DNA from: Nitrosospira multiformis ATCC 25196
GTDB lineage: Bacteria; Pseudomonadota; Gammaproteobacteria; Burkholderiales; Nitrosomonadaceae
DNA length: 32,000 nucleotides
Assembly (NCBI RefSeq): GCF_000196355.1
Contig: NC_007614.1
Span: forward strand, 1,320,001-1,352,000
Direction of reading: 5' to 3'
The notes under the pieces were generated by a model. It was given only the letters and a program-made list of their open reading frames with translations. It ran no database searches and had not been told where the DNA came from. Below, one piece after another: positions 26,413 through 32,000 of the stretch. Within the stretch, counting starts at the first letter, position 1; each line of letters starts with the position of its first letter. The translations under genes and the position numbers were made by a program.

Positions 26413-26438
26413 GAGTGAGACAGAAGAGTGAGATAGAA
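26413..26438. repeat. tandem direct repeat 2 x 13 bp (GAGTGAGACAGAA / GAGTGAGATAGAA) upstream of the first hsp20 gene
   Basis: Read directly. The units 26413-26425 and 26426-26438 differ at one position. Degenerate echoes follow (TGAGGCAGCA, TGTAGAAAAG). The repeat ends 63 nt before ATG 26502. Confidence 0.9.
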
Positions 26439-26501
26439 ATGAGGCAGCAAGTGTAGAAAAGGTCGTTCATTTAATTCACATCCATTCGAAAGGAGAAAAC
26501 C

Positions 26502-26951
26502 ATGGCAAACATTGCTCGTCGTTCGCCTCTTGTGGGCGACATCATGCGCTATGACCCGTTTTACAATCTGGATGACTGGTTCAAGAATTGGGGAATGCGT
26601 CCATTCTCGATGGATATGGAAACCACCCCCCAGATCAAGATCGATCTTACCGAAAATGACAATGCCTATACGGTTCGTGCAGACATACCGGGAGTAAAAA
26701 AGGAGGATGTCAAGGTTCAGGTAGAGGGCAATCGTGTTTCCATCAGCTGCGAAACAAAGCAGGAAAAAGAGGAAAAAGAAGGTGAGAGGGTGATTTGCCG
26801 GGAATGCCATCAGGGATCGAGCTACAGGAGTTTCACCCTGGGAAGCGAAGTGGATGAGGCCAGGGCCGAGGCAAAATATGAAAACGGCACATTGGAGCTG
26901 ACGTTGCCGAAGAAGGAGGGAAAAACCGCCAAACGTATCGAGGTGAAATAA
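26502..26951 (+). CDS. small heat-shock protein, Hsp20/alpha-crystallin family
   Basis: Alpha-crystallin domain: YTVRADIPGVKKEDVKVQVEGNRVSIS..., YRSFTL and AKYENGTLELTLPK. SD AAAGGAG upstream. Confidence 0.93.
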   Translation: MANIARRSPLVGDIMRYDPFYNLDDWFKNWGMRPFSMDMETTPQIKIDLTENDNAYTVRADIPGVKKEDVKVQVEGNRVSISCETKQEKEEKEGERVICRECHQGSSYRSFTLGSEVDEARAEAKYENGTLELTLPKKEGKTAKRIEVK

Positions 26952-27014
26952 TCCGGGCAGTGCTCTTCGGGTCATCAGACCGATCGTTCTGCTCCCCATA
27001 ACCGGAGCTCCACC

Positions 27015-27515
27015 ATGACACACTCTCCATTTGTCGGTTTTCGCCAGATTTCACGACATGACAAGCTCTTCAAGGAGCGTATCCACGATCCTTACAGAGC
27101 ACGGCACAAACTGCCTGAACCTGCTGTCTGTCCCAGTTGTGGGGCTGTATTCCATGAGGGACGCTGGCAATGGGGCGAAGCACCCGCAGGCGCTCACCAG
27201 GAAATGTGTGCGGCCTGCCAGCGTATCCGGGATGATTTCCCCGCCGGCTTCGTTACCCTGAGCGGCGGGTTCTATAGCACCCACCGCAATGAAATCATGC
27301 ACATCGTGCACAACGTGGAAAAGCGTGAAAAGGTCGAGCATCCGTTCAATCGCATTATGGCCATTGAAGAAAAAGACGGAGGAACCCTGGTGACGACCAC
27401 CGATATCCACTTGGCGAGAGGCATCGGCGAAGCCGTACACGATGCATATCAGGGCGATCTGGAATTTCACTATAACCCGGAAGAGTATTTGTTGCGCGTG
27501 CACTGGGCGCGTTAG
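27015..27515 (+). CDS. conserved hypothetical Zn-ribbon protein
   Basis: Two CxxC pairs (CPSCGAVFHEGRWQW ... CAACQRIRDDFPAGFVTLSG) are followed by an ~90-aa domain (HPFNRIMAIEEKDGGTLVTTTDIHLARGIGEAVHDAY). SD GGAG upstream. Function unknown. Confidence 0.7.
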   Translation: MTHSPFVGFRQISRHDKLFKERIHDPYRARHKLPEPAVCPSCGAVFHEGRWQWGEAPAGAHQEMCAACQRIRDDFPAGFVTLSGGFYSTHRNEIMHIVHNVEKREKVEHPFNRIMAIEEKDGGTLVTTTDIHLARGIGEAVHDAYQGDLEFHYNPEEYLLRVHWAR

Positions 27516-27624
27516 AAAAAACTTTGTGAAGGTAGCATTTGGGGACAAACCCCCGATACGTATTCCCAATTGCAACATACCTCACCGTCCCTGCAACGAG
27601 AGCGTGATCAAAGTGGAGGGCAGG

Positions 27625-28074
27625 ATGCCTGTGGGTGAAATTTGTAATCGTGATACTGTAATCGTGAAGCGGGATGAGACGATTGGAGAGGCAGCCAAAC
27701 TCATGCGCCAGCACCATGTGGGCGATGTGGTCGTTATCGAAGAGCGGGATGGTCTCAATATTCCCGTCGGAATTGTCACCGATCGCGATCTCGTGGTGGA
27801 AATCATGGCAACCGGATTGGATGCTGTTGTCATCACCGTGGGCGACATCATGGAGCAGGAACTCGTCACCGTGAAAGAAAGCGTGGGGGTATTCGAGGCG
27901 ATTCAATACATGCGCAGCAAGACGGTACGGCGCTTGCCGGTAGTGGGCGAAAATGGCACGCTGGTGGGCATTCTTACGCTCGATGACTTGCTGGAACTCC
28001 TATCGGAAGAATTGCTGGCGATTTCTCGTCTGACAAATTATCAGCGGCAGAGGGAAGCCAGACAGCGGCATTAA
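27625..28074 (+). CDS. CBS-domain pair protein
   Basis: ATG 27625 preceded by GGAGGG. The longer 27442 ORF would overlap the previous gene. Two CBS repeats are present (VGEICNRDTVIVKRDETIGEAAKLMRQHHVGDVVVIE; VGDIMEQELVTVKESVGVFEAIQYMRSKTVRRLPVV...GILTLDDLL). Confidence 0.88.
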   Translation: MPVGEICNRDTVIVKRDETIGEAAKLMRQHHVGDVVVIEERDGLNIPVGIVTDRDLVVEIMATGLDAVVITVGDIMEQELVTVKESVGVFEAIQYMRSKTVRRLPVVGENGTLVGILTLDDLLELLSEELLAISRLTNYQRQREARQRH

Positions 28075-28172
28075 AGGATCAACGGGATCAAGGAGCGACT
28101 GGAAATACGCGAACGGAGTTTTCGGCGAGCCGGCCATTGCCAGCTTTTCCCATAATCGAAAGGAGCACGATC

Positions 28173-28685
28173 ATGATGGATTCCGTGAAGAATGCAAGTG
28201 AAAATATCAGCCGGAGACTCAGTCGGACATGGGATCACATTTCAGACGGCTGGCGTGAACTCGTCCACCATGGCAGCGATGCGCTTACGCACTTTGTACA
28301 CCGCAAGGGTGAGGAAGACAAAGGACAGGAGGCCGCTGCCAGCACGCCAGCTTTTCCTCGCTGGAGTATTCTGGCAGGGGATATGGAAGAAACGGACAGG
28401 GAAATCGTGGTACGGATAGAAGTGCCCGGCATGGAGAAAAAAGACTTTGAGATCAGCATAGAGGGCAAGACGCTTTCTCTGAGAGGGGAGAAACGCTTTG
28501 AGCGTGATACAAATGATAGCAAGTATCATGTCATGGAGCGTGCTTACGGCGTTTTTCAACGAACCTTGCCGTTACCGGTCGAGGTGAATGAAGATAAAGC
28601 GGAAGCGGATTACAAGAACGGCGTGCTGACCGTTCGTCTCCCCAAGCTGAATGTTGAAAAGAGAAGATTTATTTCCATATCATGA
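28173..28685 (+). CDS. small heat-shock protein, Hsp20/alpha-crystallin family (second copy)
   Basis: ATG 28173 preceded by AAAGGAG. Alpha-crystallin domain: IVVRIEVPGMEKKDFEISIEGKTLSLRGEKR..., ERAYGVFQRTLPLP and ADYKNGVLTVRLPK. Confidence 0.9.
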   Translation: MMDSVKNASENISRRLSRTWDHISDGWRELVHHGSDALTHFVHRKGEEDKGQEAAASTPAFPRWSILAGDMEETDREIVVRIEVPGMEKKDFEISIEGKTLSLRGEKRFERDTNDSKYHVMERAYGVFQRTLPLPVEVNEDKAEADYKNGVLTVRLPKLNVEKRRFISIS

Positions 28686-29329
28686 CAAGGTGGGATTTTG
28701 CTTTTCAGCGCCGGCGCACCCTGCCGGAAATTATGCTTATCCGCCTGATCGCGGGTGTAATGACCACTATGCTGGCAGCTTCGATCTCCGTAGCGGCTGA
28801 GCCCGACATTCCCTTGAGCCAGAAGGAAAGAAAACCAAAGAAGGAGGCGTCTCGCATGTCTATGGCAATAACATCTTCATCCTTTGCGAATCACGGGGAG
28901 ATTCCTATTCGTCATACCTGCCAGGGACATGATACTTCACCCGAGCTGTTCTGGGAAAATATACCGGAAAATGCGAAAAGCCTGGTTTTGATTGTGGACG
29001 ATCCGGATGCGCCCGATCCTGCCGCTCCCAAGCTGACCTGGGTACACTGGGTGCTATATAACATTCCTCCTGCCGCTCAAGGTTTACCCGAGGGTGTGGC
29101 GGAAGCCGATCTTCCCATTGGAACACTCGGCGGGCTCAATGACTGGCAGCGCACAGGGTATGGCGGGCCCTGCCCCCCTATCGGGAAGCATCGATACTTT
29201 CATAAACTCTACGCGCTGGATATCATGCTTCCGGATCTGAAACATCCCACCAAGGCAATCCTCGAACAGGAGATGCAGGGCCATGTGATCGCGCAATCGG
29301 AACTCGTGGGGCTATATCAGAAGCAATAG
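28682..29329 (+). CDS. YbhB/YbcL-family PEBP (Raf-kinase-inhibitor-like) protein with N-terminal export signal
   Basis: PEBP motifs LIVDDPDAPDP, WVHWVLYNIP and GPCPPIGKHRYFHKLYALD. Hydrophobic leader IMLIRLIAGVMTTMLAASISVAA. ATG 28682 overlaps the hsp20 stop (ATGA). ATG 28733 is an alternative start. Confidence 0.88.
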   Translation: MTRWDFAFQRRRTLPEIMLIRLIAGVMTTMLAASISVAAEPDIPLSQKERKPKKEASRMSMAITSSSFANHGEIPIRHTCQGHDTSPELFWENIPENAKSLVLIVDDPDAPDPAAPKLTWVHWVLYNIPPAAQGLPEGVAEADLPIGTLGGLNDWQRTGYGGPCPPIGKHRYFHKLYALDIMLPDLKHPTKAILEQEMQGHVIAQSELVGLYQKQ

Positions 29330-29353
29330 CTGCTATTGCTTTTTTTCTTTTTT
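29321..29353 (+). terminator. rho-independent terminator closing the stress module
   Basis: AAGCAATAG (29321-29329, includes the stop codon) pairs perfectly with CTATTGCTT (29333-29341). It is followed by TTTTTCTTTTTT. Confidence 0.8.
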
Positions 29354-29593
29354 AGGTTCCGGTTCATCCAGCGCGGCTATGTACACTCAAGGGGATAAAC
29401 GCGCAATATGGCATGGGTCGCATCAAGAACCTGGTATCCGGTGGAAATCGAAGATTGATCCGTACACCCTCGACCCGGCATCAAGCAAGTGCTGCACTGT
29501 GCTTTCCCCGTATGCTGCGGTTCGTGATGACAGAAAAGCAAGCGAAGCTGATACCCTGAATACATTGATTGCCATGCTGGGGGGCAGAGGGTC

Positions 29594-30571
29594 ATGAAAA
29601 CCCCGCCTGAAGAGCTGTCTGAATTGCGCCGCAAACCCAACCGCGTTTTACCCGTAAAATGGGCGGTGAAGGGCGTAGTCAAAGACTTGAAGTATGCGCG
29701 TGATTTATCCTTCTACCTGCTTAAACGAGAGAAGGCAGATGAAAGGCCGCTGGTGAGGTTATATGAAAAGGCCCTATCTCCCCGTTATGATCGTCCCGTT
29801 TGCCTTTTTTGCAGCTTCGACAAGGATAGCGTTGTCAGGGAGAACGTGTATTACTATCTCAATGCTCTGATGCTGGCCGGTTTCGATATCGTATTCGTCA
29901 GTTCAAGCGGCATGATTTCTGGAAGCGATCTGGAAAAACTGTCTCGATGCTGTATCGCAATAATAAACCGTGAGAACAAAGGCTACGATTTCTATGGGTG
30001 GAAAACGGCTCTGGAAAAATATCCCGAATATCGCGAGCACAGCGGTCTTCTGTTAGCCAACGACAGCGTTCTCGGTCCGCTTTTCAGCATCGATAATATC
30101 ATCGCCAGACTTGAAGGTAGCGAGGCTGATATCGTGGGAATGACGGATTCTTTTCGTTTTTATCCCCACCTGCAGTCCTATTTCCTCTACTGCAAGAAAA
30201 AAACCGTATCCTCCGATGAATTTCTTCGCTTCTTCACGGAAATCGAGGTTCTGGAATTCAAGCCGGCCATTGTTCGCAGATATGAAGTCGGTTTTTCCCG
30301 CTTCCTCAGCCGGCGCTTTCGCCTTGCAGCGCTCTACAGTCTGGGACAGGTTCTTGCTCGAACTGATTACCATCAAAGGCCGCTGCAATGGGTCGAATCG
30401 ACCTTTCACCTGTGGAAGCCGCTTATTGCCGAGTCTGGATTCCCGTTCCTCAAAAAAAGCGTGCTGACAAGAAGAGGTGTGAGCTTGGGGGAAGTTTCAG
30501 CGGTCCTCGCGGAGGCGGGCTCTCCCTACGAGACAGAAATTCTCAACGACTGGATATTGCCCCGCGGATAA
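29594..30571 (+). CDS. rhamnan-synthesis protein F (RgpF)-like glycosyltransferase
   Basis: Family-typical stretch: ...NVYYYLNALMLAGFDIVFVSSS...NKGYDFYGWKTAL...LLLANDSVLGPLF...ADIVGMTDS...PHLQSYFLY... An in-frame stop at 29549 limits the N-terminus. Confidence 0.8.
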   Translation: MKTPPEELSELRRKPNRVLPVKWAVKGVVKDLKYARDLSFYLLKREKADERPLVRLYEKALSPRYDRPVCLFCSFDKDSVVRENVYYYLNALMLAGFDIVFVSSSGMISGSDLEKLSRCCIAIINRENKGYDFYGWKTALEKYPEYREHSGLLLANDSVLGPLFSIDNIIARLEGSEADIVGMTDSFRFYPHLQSYFLYCKKKTVSSDEFLRFFTEIEVLEFKPAIVRRYEVGFSRFLSRRFRLAALYSLGQVLARTDYHQRPLQWVESTFHLWKPLIAESGFPFLKKSVLTRRGVSLGEVSAVLAEAGSPYETEILNDWILPRG

Positions 30572-30826
30572 GACAGAATTGCTCGACGGCGATTTCCCTT
30601 CGTCATTCCCTTGAAAGCCTCGAAGAAGGAATCCGGAACCCTCGCATACGGATTTGCCCCTTCCGCTGAAGTGACGATCGAGCAACCTGCAAGCGCACTG
30701 CTCACCCTGTTGAGGATCCGCACTCGGGGATTGCAGCAAAAATATCTGGGCTCCGGGACTATAAACCGGATATCCTTCGCCCTTCCACTGTTTTCACTTC
30801 CACTCATAAAGTTACGATCAGCATAG

Positions 30827-31594
30827 ATGTCTTCATTTTTCATGGATGTATTATCCGGATGCGCTGTAGCGCTTTACGGATTGAAGGGCGGTTACACTGA
30901 AGTCAATGTCAAAGGTCAATCCATACGTATCGCGGTGGACAATTTTCGGACGCTCCAGCGAGCAAAAACATATTCAATGAAAGAACCCGATACCCTGGAC
31001 TGGCTTGACGGCTTTGAACCGGGTTCCTGCTTCTTCGATCTGGGAGCGAATATCGGGCAGTATTCCCTGTATCCAGCAAAGAAATACGGGAAGGACATCC
31101 AGGTATACTCGTTCGAGCCCCAGTGCGCCAATTATTATTTATTGAATAAAAACATCTACCTCAACAAGCTCGATAAAAATATTACCGCCTATTGCGTAGC
31201 TGTTTCCGGAGAGGAAGGCTTTTCGAAACTTTATATTCCCAAATTCATAGGCGGTGGAAACCGCTCCCAGTTCGGAAAGGAAGATTTGAAGAATATGAAA
31301 AAATCCGCCGCGCATATTCAGGGCATGTTCGGCGTGACACTCGACGACTTATGCTCCAAATGGGGATTTCCCTATCCCAACTACATCAAGATCGATGTGG
31401 ATGGCATCGAGCTGGCTATCATCCGGGGTGGCGGGAATGTGCTCAGGAATCCGGCGCTGAGATCCGTCATCGTCGAGCTGGGAACAATCGAGGAGCAGCA
31501 GGAAGCGGTAGCGCTAATGGAGCAGGCAGGTTTGAAAGTCAGATTCAAAACCACCCGGAATTGGGGTGAAACCTGCTTTGTGTTCGCGAAATAG
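30827..31594 (+). CDS. FkbM-family methyltransferase
   Basis: SAM-binding motif FFDLGANIGQYSL, then VYSFEPQCANYYLLNKN and IKIDVDGIELAIIRGG, which are typical of FkbM-domain methyltransferases. Confidence 0.85.
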   Translation: MSSFFMDVLSGCAVALYGLKGGYTEVNVKGQSIRIAVDNFRTLQRAKTYSMKEPDTLDWLDGFEPGSCFFDLGANIGQYSLYPAKKYGKDIQVYSFEPQCANYYLLNKNIYLNKLDKNITAYCVAVSGEEGFSKLYIPKFIGGGNRSQFGKEDLKNMKKSAAHIQGMFGVTLDDLCSKWGFPYPNYIKIDVDGIELAIIRGGGNVLRNPALRSVIVELGTIEEQQEAVALMEQAGLKVRFKTTRNWGETCFVFAK

Positions 31595-31747
31595 GGTTGA
31601 TCATCTCTTCTTTGCCGAAGCGCCGATACACTTGTCTCTGAGCCTGGCGAACGAGCGTGTCCCGGGCACTGCACGCCCCCTCGATCCTTCGACGACTCCG
31701 GAGCAAGGGAACGGAGACGAAAGCTCAGGCAGGCATTCGTTGACCGC

Positions 31748-32000
31748 TCAGCGGGAAACGAAAACCGCTTCCCTGTGAGACAAGGGGGGAGTATCCCGCT
31801 CCGCAGGTGCATAACGGGCTGCCTCCGCCGGCTGCACCCGTTCCGCTTTTCCTTTGGAAAGCGCAAAAATCACATCCGCTGCGTTGATTAGCGCTGGCTG
31901 GTGGGAGACGGCAACAACCGTGAGCTCCTGTGTGAGGTTTCGCAGGGTTTCACAGACAAGTCGCTCACTTTCCGGATCGAGCGCACTCGTCGGTTCATCC
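31748..32000 (-). CDS. ABC transporter ATP-binding protein, C-terminal part (5' end outside the window)
   Basis: Minus-strand translation from nt 31999 reads DEPTSALDPESERLVCETLRNLTQELTVVAVSHQPALINAADVIFALSKGKAE...*, with Walker B/D-loop DEPTSALD and H-loop VSHQ. Stop TGA at 31750-31748. It is absent from the ORF track because the fragment contains no Met. Confidence 0.8.
   Translation of the reverse strand, partial: DEPTSALDPESERLVCETLRNLTQELTVVAVSHQPALINAADVIFALSKGKAERVQPAEAARYAPAERDTPPLSHREAVFVSR

Noticed and set aside
27442-27624. N-terminal extension of the CBS-protein ORF (the track starts it at 27442).
   Set aside because: The extension overlaps the last 74 nt of the Zn-ribbon gene and has no CBS-family counterpart. 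ATG 27625 has a GGAGGG Shine-Dalgarno and gives a standard ~150-aa CBS pair.
29377-29682. 101-codon minus-strand ORF overlapping the start of the RgpF-like gene.
   Set aside because: No motif and no SD. It overlaps a supported + strand gene and sits just beyond the strong + strand terminator at 29321-29353. It is most likely fortuitous.
1-32000. Search for tRNA, rRNA, CRISPR arrays, IS elements or transposases, integrases and prophage genes across the window.
   Set aside because: I saw no cloverleaf-compatible T-loop/acceptor pattern, no regularly spaced direct repeats and no DDE/tyrosine-recombinase-like ORF on either strand. Manual scanning cannot exclude short or degenerate elements.

Overview
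32-kb chromosomal segment of a proteobacterium. The split pntAA/pntAB, the Fe-S type APS reductase and a GlrK/GlrR-type system suggest a beta- or gamma-proteobacterium; this taxon call is inference only. Coding density is high. Every supported gene is on the + strand except one pseudogene and the last, partial gene.

The left two thirds are housekeeping:
- cysH-cysD-cysN (assimilatory sulfate activation by the APS route, with no cysC).
- A 1192-aa single-chain Fe-S flavoprotein that fuses GltD/SudA/NfnB-like and PyrK/SudB/NfnA-like modules.
- pntAA-pntAB-pntB transhydrogenase.
- A dienelactone-hydrolase-like gene, alanine dehydrogenase, a Kef/YbaL-type K+/H+ antiporter and an ArsC/Spx-family protein.
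- A Cys-rich secreted protein.
- A complete GlrK-YfhG-GlrR (QseE-G-F)-like sensor kinase / lipoprotein / sigma-54 activator module.

From about 20.3 to 29.4 kb the character changes to an accessory, partly decayed region:
- A remnant of a LodA/GoxA-like quinoprotein oxidase gene.
- A DLH / (phosphoribosyltransferase remnant) / erythromycin-esterase-like module.
- A visibly AT-richer 355-aa ORFan.
- A secreted Kazal-domain protein.
- A five-gene Hsp20 / Zn-ribbon / CBS-pair / Hsp20 / PEBP stress module.

The window ends with polysaccharide genes (RgpF-like, FkbM methyltransferase, convergent ABC ATPase).

I recognised no rRNA, tRNA, CRISPR array or intact mobile element. The most interesting unexplained items are the fused Nfn/Sud-like protein, the orphan target of the GlrKR-like system, the stress module with its uncharacterised Zn-ribbon core, the ORFan, and a structured non-coding stretch upstream of ald.
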